Below are positions 1 to 7,894 of a DNA stretch of 64,000 nucleotides, one piece after another (within the stretch, counting starts at the first letter, position 1; each line of letters begins with the position of its first letter). Under the pieces are notes generated by a model. That model was not told the DNA's origin. It was given only the letters and a program-made list of their open reading frames with translations, and made no database searches. The stretch lies in the NCBI GenBank assembly GCA_963767735.1, contig CAVYES010000005.1, positions 32,001 through 96,000 of the forward strand, in the 5' to 3' direction. The position numbers and the translations under genes were made by a program. This DNA is from Candidatus Bathyarchaeota archaeon. Lineage in GTDB: Archaea; Thermoproteota; Bathyarchaeia; Bathyarchaeales; Bathycorpusculaceae.

Positions 1-262
1 TTCTTAACAAAAGTCTCTCTTCAGTTCAGGCTTTTCTAAATGCAAAATCCAGTTGTGACTTCTTAAGCTTATGTGACTGCCGCATGACAGCAACAAAAAC
101 TGAAATACGTTAAGTTTCACTCGGATTAGAAAAGCACTTCAATATATTATATTTATTTTTTGAAAGATTACTTTTGGCCATATACGAACTCCAAACCAAA
201 AAGCAACAAAACAATGATCTGAAAGGAACTTTTAGCCATTCGACACAGCAAAAAGTAGGAAA

Positions 263-277
263 GGTTAAAATTTAATC
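263..277 (+). repeat. Left target-site duplication GGTTAAAATTTAATC
   Basis: Identical to 5558-5572; 14-15 bp is the TSD length characterised for casposases (a 13-bp TSD with 20-bp TIR is also formally possible). Confidence 0.88.
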
Positions 278-296
278 CCCAAACCCAAACCCAAAC
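278..296 (+). repeat. Left terminal inverted repeat CCCAAACCCAAACCCAAAC
   Basis: Exact reverse complement of 5539-5557. Confidence 0.92.
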
Positions 297-488
297 GACG
301 ACGGAAACGACGAAAAAACCTGAAAAAAACGGCTAAACGATGAAAAAACTACGAAACGACGGTTTATTTTTATAATTATTGTTGTTTACACTATAATTTT
401 TAATATTATTTACAATTTTATCTTAAATGTTGTGTAAAGTTGAATGTTAAAGATTAATTAAATTCAGTATTAACATTTTATAATTTAA

Positions 489-731
489 TTATTGTTTGAC
501 CTTCACAGAAGATAAAGCACCATAAACACTACAAGTAACACCAATCAACGAAAAAACAAGTCCAATTATAGCAACAATAGAATATTCAACTATTGTATTA
601 TAAATACCAATCCAATAAGCAGTTTTAGGATAAGGGTCACCAAGCAACTGTAAATCATGAAACCCAATCATCAACATAACCAAACCTAACACCGTAAGAA
701 CAATGCCAATAATAATGATTCCAATTTTCAT
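489..731 (-). CDS. Small two-TM membrane protein (element cargo)
   Basis: 80 aa with two long hydrophobic segments, downstream of cas1 inside the TIRs. Confidence 0.7.
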   Translation of the reverse strand: MKIGIIIIGIVLTVLGLVMLMIGFHDLQLLGDPYPKTAYWIGIYNTIVEYSIVAIIGLVFSLIGVTCSVYGALSSVKVKQ

Positions 732-870
732 TTTTTTACCATCTTAGGACATTTTTTTCAGCACTACATTACAATTATTAATAACGATAAAATCCAAATT
801 AATATTTTATGAATATGAAATTAATATTAACTTAGATTCACTAATGATTACATTAAAAATTGGGAAAAGA

Positions 871-1905
871 TTAAATTGTTGGAAGTCTCGGAATCCAACT
901 TGGTTTTTCATGCCTAAGATACTTCGCTAAAAGTAACGCTTCTTCACTAATTAATGTCTCAAACTCTTGTCTTTTCCCGACTCTGATTCTTGGTATTTCC
1001 ACATAAGAATTAAACAAACTATCTAATTCAACCATGAAACTTTTAGTTTCATCATCGTTAAGATATTCTCTTTTCCCAATTTTTCCACGTGACATTAACT
1101 CACTTTTTGTTATGAAATCCTTTTTGCTCAATTCCTTACAGAATCCGATAATAAAATCATCAATGATGTATCTGTAAATCTCCATGAAATCACATATTAA
1201 ACTTGGCTTACCGAATTGTTCACTATGCAAAAAACCAAGATAAGGCTCTAATTTCGCATTAACAAGTGCTTTATGAACTTTCCAGTTAAGCATCTCATAA
1301 CCTAAATTGAAAAGATTATTTATTCCATCATAAGCCTTGAAAGTTCTTCTACATTCAGGTCTTATCCTTTCAGGTATTAAATCAAACACTTGTTTAAAAT
1401 AAAATTCTGCACAATGAGATTCATAAGTGGAAATAATAACTCTAACTTTAAGTAAATTGTCACTATCAATATTCTTAATCCTTGAAATCATGGCAATATC
1501 AAACGGTTTTAAACTGTATTTGCTCAATACCTTATTTTGACCTTCTATTTTACTTAAAACAATTATTTTTGCAATCTCTAAAGCTCTACCATCTTTTAAC
1601 GCTTCATACTGTTGTATCCTTGTATCTACATGGTCATCATTATCTAAACTTCTAAGCATCGCAACAGGTCTCCCTTTTTGCGTAATAATCAAAACATCAA
1701 TATCCCAAAAACCTAAAGATGCTAAAGCACCTGTAGAAACACAATTACCACTTTTTAGTACAACTTCACCAATTTCTTTTTCAAATAATGGATAACGTTT
1801 AACATTTCCAGTTCTATCTTTAACTATAAAACAGCCTTTTTCCATGCCTAAATAACTGCCTTGTTTATCAAGCGTTATTTTCAGAGTTTTAGAGCCTTTA
1901 ACCAT
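871..1905 (-). CDS. cas1: Cas1 solo / casposase
   Basis: Cas1 motifs: YESHCAEFYF (Glu), INNLFNLGYEML, LEPYLGFLH (His), SLICDFMEIYR (Asp/Glu); 344 aa, no obvious C-terminal HTH extension. Confidence 0.95.
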   Translation of the reverse strand: MVKGSKTLKITLDKQGSYLGMEKGCFIVKDRTGNVKRYPLFEKEIGEVVLKSGNCVSTGALASLGFWDIDVLIITQKGRPVAMLRSLDNDDHVDTRIQQYEALKDGRALEIAKIIVLSKIEGQNKVLSKYSLKPFDIAMISRIKNIDSDNLLKVRVIISTYESHCAEFYFKQVFDLIPERIRPECRRTFKAYDGINNLFNLGYEMLNWKVHKALVNAKLEPYLGFLHSEQFGKPSLICDFMEIYRYIIDDFIIGFCKELSKKDFITKSELMSRGKIGKREYLNDDETKSFMVELDSLFNSYVEIPRIRVGKRQEFETLISEEALLLAKYLRHEKPSWIPRLPTI

Positions 1906-2016
1906 TTTTAAACCTTCATTTCAAACTATTAATAATTATTAATAATAATTAATTAATGTTAAGGTAAAAAATATAAACATTTCACTCATTATTAATAAGT
2001 TTTAGTGACTGTTAAC

Positions 2017-2151
2017 ATGACAAAAAAACTTATTTTAGATATTGATAATGAAACTTGGAAAGAGGTTTTAAAGTACAAAATTGATAACGATTTAAAGAAC
2101 AATAATGAAACAGTAATTTTACTGATAAAAAAAGCATTATCTCTAAAATAA
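2017..2151 (+). CDS. Small ribbon-helix-helix-like regulator divergent from cas1 (not in ORF track)
   Basis: Manual translation MTKKLILDIDNETWKEVLKYKIDNDLKNNNETVILLIKKALSLK: beta-strand plus two helices pattern. Confidence 0.65.
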   Translation: MTKKLILDIDNETWKEVLKYKIDNDLKNNNETVILLIKKALSLK

Positions 2152-2528
2152 ACTTGAATCTTCACAAAATAATTATTAGAAAAAAAGTGGAGGAAAGTAA
2201 TTTAGATTTTACTCTAAAACTACTTTTTACCTATGTATTTGACTTTGATTATTAGTGCTAATATTCCCATGCCTATGAAACATAAAGGCAATAATCCCCA
2301 AATAGTTATTACCGTTGCGTTCCAACCGCATATACAAACTCTTTATGTAAAAGTTTTTTGTATCGGTAGCATAGAAAATAGCGAACCCTATGATTCTGCA
2401 TAATTATCTAAAAATTTAGGTAACTATTCAGCAGCAAGCACTAATATGACAAAATCAACCAATCCCCTCACGGTCGATAAGACCATGATTTAGGTCGATG
2501 ATATCTGTCATGTTTTTTGTGTAACCCT

Positions 2529-2546
2529 CCCTAAGTCAACTTAGGG
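2529..2546. promoter_or_regulatory. Palindrome CCCTAAGT-CA-ACTTAGGG, possible operator or hairpin
   Basis: 8-bp perfect inverted repeat with 2-nt centre in an intergenic part of the element. Confidence 0.35.
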
Positions 2547-2658
2547 CTTGATTAGATATAAAAGATTTGCTATATTTTTGGTGTTTGATTCAAAATAAAC
2601 TTTTAAATTACTTTTTAGATAAATTTTTACTTGTTTTTTATCTTTAATATAATTATAT

Positions 2659-2820
2659 TTATTCTTTTATAGGCTCAAGAATTAACGTAAATTTTTGTTT
2701 TCCATCTAAAACAGCTTTCAATTCTTCCAAATTAGCAAGATAACGTTCATGCTTAACCATTACAGTTACTTTTTTACTATCTTTAGTTAAACTCAAATAT
2801 CCACAATCTTTCCAATTCAT
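2659..2820 (-). CDS. Small hypothetical protein (53 aa, not in ORF track)
   Basis: MNWKDCGYLSLTKDSKKVTVMVKHERYLANLEELKAVLDGKQKFTLILEPIKE; ATGA overlap with the stop of the upstream ORF. Confidence 0.7.
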   Translation of the reverse strand: MNWKDCGYLSLTKDSKKVTVMVKHERYLANLEELKAVLDGKQKFTLILEPIKE

Positions 2821-3503
2821 TGGCATTCAATCACCTCACTAACAGCTTTTACATTAGAATCAACAGATTTCTTAACAGAATCCTTAAGCGAATTCTTAAC
2901 AATATTCAAAATAATTCTTCTTGTTTCAAGTAATTCTTTTATTTGGTTGTTTTGACTACCATAACGAAAAACAATTTTGGGCGAAGGTTTATCAATTTTA
3001 GGGCTAAACCTTAATGTTGAGCTTTCCTTAATACACTGCATTAAAACCCATTTTTGTAAATCTATACTACTGCTTTCAAGTGCAATCCAATTTATTATAT
3101 GAACATTTTTAGTCCAGCTAACAGGTCTATCAAAAGCAACAAGATAATTCTTTTCAAAATATCTGTAACTAACTTTTCCTTTTTTCCCTTTTTCTTTAGC
3201 AATATGTTCTTTTCTACTTGATTCAAAAATAATAAATCCATTCAGATTAAACCAATTTAATGCTCGAAAAGCATAATATCTCACTTTATCAAGAGGCATC
3301 TTATCAAAATCAATTTGAACTATATTTTTACTCCAATTCCCAATAATTACAGATAAAATATCATCAGAAAAATCATTACCTAAAACACGTTTTGCAACTT
3401 GATATAATTCTTTTTCAGTGCCGAACGTTTGAATCCTTTTCTGTTTGCCATTAACAGAACCGTAAAAAGCAACTTGAACTTTTAGCTGTTTATTCTCGGT
3501 CGT
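2817..3503 (-). CDS. Candidate AEP (archaeo-eukaryotic primase)-like protein; frame extends upstream of the ATG at 3299
   Basis: Frame is open to 3503; the extension holds IVQIDFDK (hhDhD-like), followed by FESS...NYLVAF and STLRFSPK; no canonical start codon in the extension. Confidence 0.45.
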   Translation of the reverse strand, partial: TTENKQLKVQVAFYGSVNGKQKRIQTFGTEKELYQVAKRVLGNDFSDDILSVIIGNWSKNIVQIDFDKMPLDKVRYYAFRALNWFNLNGFIIFESSRKEHIAKEKGKKGKVSYRYFEKNYLVAFDRPVSWTKNVHIINWIALESSSIDLQKWVLMQCIKESSTLRFSPKIDKPSPKIVFRYGSQNNQIKELLETRRIILNIVKNSLKDSVKKSVDSNVKAVSEVIECQ

Positions 3504-3949
3504 TTATCCCACTCTTCTTTTGAAAGATATTTATCTGGATTAGAAAGTAACTTGCTTGCATCTATAGTTAAAAATTGAGATTTAGGTGAATAACCGCTTT
3601 TTGTTTTACCAAAATCAAATATTTTTTCTCTTATTACTTTATGTAAAGTTTTACCATCTATTGAAAATATATTAATTCTACTCGCATGACCGTTAACTAA
3701 TCCGCTAAATGAAACTACTTTTTCTCTCGGATGATAATATCTTCTATATTTTTTAGGTGTATATTTACTAACATTGGCTTGTGCAGGTCTATTTCTAAAT
3801 TCTCGTGTATAGTTAAGTATTATTTGTCTTCTTAATCCAATATGTTCGCTTCTAAGCTCTTTTTGAATCTGATTAGCACTATAACCTCTTGCATTAAGCT
3901 CTCTTATTCTATTAACTTGTTTAGATGAAACTCCAGATTTACGACTCAA
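3482..3949 (-). CDS. Basic HTH-like DNA-binding protein
   Basis: N-terminal RELNARGYSANQIQKELR...RRQIILNY resembles an HTH; 4-nt overlap with the upstream gene. Confidence 0.55.
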   Translation of the reverse strand: MSRKSGVSSKQVNRIRELNARGYSANQIQKELRSEHIGLRRQIILNYTREFRNRPAQANVSKYTPKKYRRYYHPREKVVSFSGLVNGHASRINIFSIDGKTLHKVIREKIFDFGKTKSGYSPKSQFLTIDASKLLSNPDKYLSKEEWDKRPRINS

Positions 3950-4374
3950 AAAGTTTCACCTTCTAAATTTAACCTTTTTTTCTCTTCTTCCGTTAATGGA
4001 GCTTTACGCTCAGATTCATCTAATCTTAACTGTAACTTTTTTTCTCTATCTATTTTATTCTCATAATTCTTAATGATTTTATGAAGTTGTGATAAATAAT
4101 AAGGAAAACTTTTAGATATTGTTATAATTTGAGTTTTATAATCAACAGTTATTAAACCTAAATTTTCAACATGACTTATTATTTCTGTTGTTTGGTTTTG
4201 GTGAGGAGCTTTAGGCATACCGCCCTCAGTGATAAACGCATTGTTAAAATCATTTATAGTTTTATTTTTACATGATTTAAGCATAAAATCCATAATTTTT
4301 AGGTTTTTAAGAAGTTTTTGTTTTGCCCAATATTCTTCTTGACTTTCAATCGGTTTTATACTTATATCTGTCAT
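3946..4374 (-). CDS. Hypothetical protein, possible winged helix plus coiled coil
   Basis: IISHVENLGLITVDYKTQIITIS resembles a wHTH wing; coupled to neighbours. Confidence 0.55.
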   Translation of the reverse strand: MTDISIKPIESQEEYWAKQKLLKNLKIMDFMLKSCKNKTINDFNNAFITEGGMPKAPHQNQTTEIISHVENLGLITVDYKTQIITISKSFPYYLSQLHKIIKNYENKIDREKKLQLRLDESERKAPLTEEEKKRLNLEGETF

Positions 4375-4526
4375 TTATACCGCTTAACCTTCTTTTTCCA
4401 GTTAAAATGAAATTCTCTTAAACTTGTTTTTTTATGTGAAGCTCTGGGTAAAAGTACACGTTCTTTCCAAAATTCTATTTTTACATCTAAAACGTTACCA
4501 TGACAGTCAACATGTAGTTTAGACAT
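4371..4526 (-). CDS. Small basic hypothetical protein (51 aa, not in ORF track)
   Basis: MSKLHVDCHGNVLDVKIEFWKERVLLPRASHKKTSLREFHFNWKKKVKRYK; overlaps both neighbours at start/stop codons. Confidence 0.6.
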   Translation of the reverse strand: MSKLHVDCHGNVLDVKIEFWKERVLLPRASHKKTSLREFHFNWKKKVKRYK

Positions 4527-4945
4527 TATTTTTCACCTTTAGAGCTTTCAGGGCTTTTTTTTATCTGATTAATCCAATTAGTTTTTAATTTTTCATTTTT
4601 CAACATACTTATTTTTTCAATTAATTCTGAATCTGATAATTTTTCATAATGATTTGACTTAATAAAATCAGTTAAATCTAAAGTAAAATCTTGCTCTTTT
4701 TCTATTTTCGGTTGTATTTGCGGTTTTTCTTCTTTAACTAAATTATCTGTAATTCCATTTTTTCTTTCGAATTTCAACATTTCTTTTGCAGTATTTAGAT
4801 AATCTACTCTTGTATCTTGGCAGAAACACATAGCAAGTTCAGTTAATACATCATTTTCAGATTCTCCATCTTTTAATTTTTTCATTACGGCTCTTATATT
4901 TACATCTCTTATTGTTGAGCCTGACCTTTTCTTAAATTCACTCAA
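4526..4945 (-). CDS. Hypothetical protein
   Basis: 139-aa ORF in the coupled operon. Confidence 0.6.
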   Translation of the reverse strand: MSEFKKRSGSTIRDVNIRAVMKKLKDGESENDVLTELAMCFCQDTRVDYLNTAKEMLKFERKNGITDNLVKEEKPQIQPKIEKEQDFTLDLTDFIKSNHYEKLSDSELIEKISMLKNEKLKTNWINQIKKSPESSKGEK

Positions 4946-4948
4946 AAT

Positions 4949-5131
4949 TTAAACCTCTTCTCTAATTTCTTTTTGACCTATATTTTGACTTGTATTTTTT
5001 TCTGTAATTGTAAAAGTATTTCCACAATTTCTACATCTAAAATTATTAAAATAAAATCTAAAATATGTTTGAGTTGAATTGAATTTTGGACATCTGTGAT
5101 TTTTTACTTTTGTTTTTTGCATAGACATCAA
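4949..5131 (-). CDS. Small zinc-ribbon-like protein (degenerate first CxxC)
   Basis: RCPKF...RCRNCGNTF; first gene of the element's leftward operon. Confidence 0.55.
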   Translation of the reverse strand: MMSMQKTKVKNHRCPKFNSTQTYFRFYFNNFRCRNCGNTFTITEKNTSQNIGQKEIREEV

Positions 5132-5320
5132 ACAAACAGTATGTTTGTATCAAATTTAAGTTCTTCGATTTAGTTTTTTATCAATTTTGAGTTAATAATC
5201 CAACCCATATAGCTTGAATGGATTAATAAATTTCTACCTCAAAAACGTTTCAAAATTTACAATATATTTAGGGCTAACTCAAACTTCAGAGCTAACTCCT
5301 AACTATTCTTTATTCAGCGA

Positions 5321-5460
5321 GCTAACTAACGAACGAGCGAGCTAACTAACGAACGAGCGAGCTAACTAACGAACGAGCGAGCTAACTAACGAACGAGCGA
5401 GCTAACTAACGAACGAGCGAGCTAACTAACGAACGAGCGAGCTAACTAACGAACGAGCGA
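5321..5460 (+). repeat. Perfect tandem repeat 7 x 20 bp (GCTAACTAACGAACGAGCGA)
   Basis: Units start at 5321, 5341, 5361, 5381, 5401, 5421 and 5441; no spacers. Confidence 0.97.
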
Positions 5461-5538
5461 GCGAGCGAATGCGTGGGAGAGAGGGATAAGGAGAGCTTGA
5501 GTTTGGGTTTGTGAGTAGGCGTAGGCGTGTGTGAGGAA

Positions 5539-5557
5539 GTTTGGGTTTGGGTTTGGG
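5539..5557 (+). repeat. Right terminal inverted repeat GTTTGGGTTTGGGTTTGGG
   Basis: Exact reverse complement of 278-296; partial extra copy at 5501-5511. Confidence 0.92.
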
Positions 5558-5572
5558 GGTTAAAATTTAATC
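5558..5572 (+). repeat. Right target-site duplication GGTTAAAATTTAATC
   Basis: Identical to 263-277. Confidence 0.88.
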
Positions 5573-5586
5573 CTAATTAATTAGTA

Positions 5587-7218
5587 GTGAGGGTCTTTTT
5601 AGGAATGTTCAGTTCCCAGACAGGCATATCACATTTCTGCAACATATATTCAAGCAATAACAAGAAAGACGTTTTGCTTGTTTTCCCAGGAAAGTTCAAA
5701 GCGCCTGACCCGCTGTTTCCTCTTTCGCTTTTGTATTTAGCCGCTTCACTGCAGGAAGAAGGTTTTACGGTTCGCGTTCTTGATATGAGAATTGAAGATT
5801 ATCGCCACTTTGAAATTGGCAACCCCCTATTTGTGGGCATAAGCTGTATTACGGGTTTACAAATCAATTATGCCTTAGAATTTGCCCGTTATGTCAGAAT
5901 ACACGCTTCTTCGTCGCCCATTGTTTGGGGAGGAGTTCATCCGACATTGTTGCCTGAGCAAACAGCAAGCAATGACTATGTTGATATCGTTGTCCGAGGG
6001 GGAGGAGAATTGATAATCAAAGATATAGCAAACGCGCTTGCGTTAAATGAATCGTTAGATACTGTTGCTGGAATAACTTATAATTTAAACGGCTCAATCA
6101 AAAATAACCCAGATGGTAACATAAAAGATTTAGATGATCAACCAATAGCTTTGCCCTATGACCTGCTCCAAATGGATAAGTACCCATCGGTAAAATCAGG
6201 CCGGTTCCATATACAAACAAGCCGAGGATGCCCTCACAGATGTGGTTTCTGCTACAACATATATTTTAACAAGAACAAATGGAGAGCCAAAAGCTCCAAA
6301 CGCGTGGTCGACGAAATTGAGTACATATTGAAAAAATTTCCCCACGTTAAAATAATAGATCCAATGGATGATAACTTTTTTGTTGACAAAAAACGTGTTG
6401 AAGAAATATGCCGAGAAATTTTAGGTCGCAAACTTGTAATTCAATGGCGCGCTAATTGCCGATTCGATTACCTATCTACTTATGATAAAGATTTTCTAGA
6501 GCTTTTAGAGAAAGCTGGATGTGTTGAGTTGAATTTTGGGGGTGAGTCAGGTTCAGAGCGTTTGCAACAGCTTATATGCAAAGACGTTACAGCAAATCAA
6601 ATGTTGCAATCGGTTGCGAATCTCCGTCGCTGGGCACCTTCCATTGAGCCCTATGTCACATGGATGATTGGTCTCCCAGGCGAAACTGACGACGATTTGA
6701 ATCAAACTTTTGATTTAATGGACAAGATGTGTGAAGTAAATCCTAAGACGCAGCATTTAGAAATATTTGTTTACACTCCATTTCCAAGTCCATTTATGAA
6801 TTTTTTGCCAGCGAAGTATAAACCACCTCAATCGCTTGAAGAATGGGGCAGCATCAATGTCTTTCATTTCGATCCACCTTGGCATAGCAAAAAGCAAGTG
6901 GAAAAGTTGCATTCGATTTCAGCTGTTATACGTTATGGGTTTTACCCTCAATCAAGAATAAAAGAACGGGATGTCACTTACAAAATAGCTCATGACGTTA
7001 TGAATCGTATTGCGAAGTACAGATGGAAACGCAGGTACTTCGGCTTCCCAATTGAACTAAAAATCGCTGATTCCTTATCTATGAAATTCAAGCTTTTTTC
7101 CTATATGCGGTTTAAGCTACGCGCTGTAGTCTCTTCCTTCAGGCTTAGAGCTTGGCTGTTTTCCAGCTTCAGGAATCTGCGGCAACGGAACCGGCGGCGG
7201 AATATTCAATATTCTTGA
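5587..7218 (+). CDS. B12-binding radical SAM protein
   Basis: N-terminal cobalamin-binding domain (WGGVHPT), TSRGCPHRCGFC CxxxCxxC motif, DDNFF, GGESGS; true start probably slightly downstream. Confidence 0.9.
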   Translation: MRVFLGMFSSQTGISHFCNIYSSNNKKDVLLVFPGKFKAPDPLFPLSLLYLAASLQEEGFTVRVLDMRIEDYRHFEIGNPLFVGISCITGLQINYALEFARYVRIHASSSPIVWGGVHPTLLPEQTASNDYVDIVVRGGGELIIKDIANALALNESLDTVAGITYNLNGSIKNNPDGNIKDLDDQPIALPYDLLQMDKYPSVKSGRFHIQTSRGCPHRCGFCYNIYFNKNKWRAKSSKRVVDEIEYILKKFPHVKIIDPMDDNFFVDKKRVEEICREILGRKLVIQWRANCRFDYLSTYDKDFLELLEKAGCVELNFGGESGSERLQQLICKDVTANQMLQSVANLRRWAPSIEPYVTWMIGLPGETDDDLNQTFDLMDKMCEVNPKTQHLEIFVYTPFPSPFMNFLPAKYKPPQSLEEWGSINVFHFDPPWHSKKQVEKLHSISAVIRYGFYPQSRIKERDVTYKIAHDVMNRIAKYRWKRRYFGFPIELKIADSLSMKFKLFSYMRFKLRAVVSSFRLRAWLFSSFRNLRQRNRRRNIQYS

Positions 7219-7545
7219 GATAAGCACTGCTTCAATGAATACGACGTTGGATACTGATTGAATAATTATTTGTGCCGGTGGCTTTTTTTGTTCATAGTCT
7301 TTGAGAGCTTTTTCAATTTCGTTTTTCTCGCCATTAACATAGGCGTTTCCTTTTATACTCATTTGAGCGATGGAAGGATTAAACGTGATTGACAGGACAA
7401 ATGGGACCTCCAAAGATTCATCCTGTTTCTTTTCCATACCAACAACGTTAATGTTAGTGTTTATTTGAATTGGGGGGATTGGCTTTCTTATATCCCAAAA
7501 GCGTTCAGCAGTAATGCTGGTAATTATGACGTTAACTCTGAGCAT
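7117..7545 (-). CDS. Conserved archaeal hypothetical protein (possibly SecB-like fold)
   Basis: 142 aa ending in NIPPPVPLP, downstream of rps27ae. Confidence 0.7.
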   Translation of the reverse strand: MLRVNVIITSITAERFWDIRKPIPPIQINTNINVVGMEKKQDESLEVPFVLSITFNPSIAQMSIKGNAYVNGEKNEIEKALKDYEQKKPPAQIIIQSVSNVVFIEAVLISRILNIPPPVPLPQIPEAGKQPSSKPEGRDYSA

Positions 7546-7591
7546 TTCGGGTCATCAGAACTAAATCCGTGAAAGGGAGATTTAAAACTGT

Positions 7592-7894
7592 TTATTTCTG
7601 TTTGTAACGAGTAAAACCGCAGTGACCGCAAGTGAACCTGTCATGGTGGTCTGCCATGAAGTATCCTGCTCCACATCGCTCGCAGGTTGGACGTGCCCTA
7701 CTAACCTTGGTGTCTTCAACCTTATACATTGCGTGGACTCCTTTTTCCTCTCGATGTTTCTTTTCATGTTTTGCTTTCTCAGCCTTTTGCGGCTTTGCTG
7801 CTGCTTCCGCCGATGGGGCTGGTTTGGCCTCTTCCTTAGGCGCTACTGCTGGTTTATCTTCTTTCTTCGGTGGTGGTGCTGCTTTCTTGGACAT
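7592..7894 (-). CDS. rps27ae: 30S ribosomal protein S27ae with K/P/A-rich N-terminal extension
   Basis: CERCGAGYFMADHHDRFTCGHCGFT; syntenic with rps24e. Confidence 0.93.
   Translation of the reverse strand: MSKKAAPPPKKEDKPAVAPKEEAKPAPSAEAAAKPQKAEKAKHEKKHREEKGVHAMYKVEDTKVSRARPTCERCGAGYFMADHHDRFTCGHCGFTRYKQK

Larger units (their letters stand above)
278..5557. mobile_element. Casposon-like element (solo Cas1, TIRs, TSD) lacking PolB
   Basis: Perfect 19-bp inverted termini (278-296 / 5539-5557) immediately flanked by a 15-bp direct repeat (263-277 / 5558-5572); contains cas1 with no other cas gene or CRISPR array; visibly more AT-rich than the flanking DNA. Confidence 0.9.

Noticed and set aside
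5321-5460. Possible CRISPR array near cas1
   Set aside because: Head-to-tail identical 20-mers with no spacers; no cas2 or effector genes in the window
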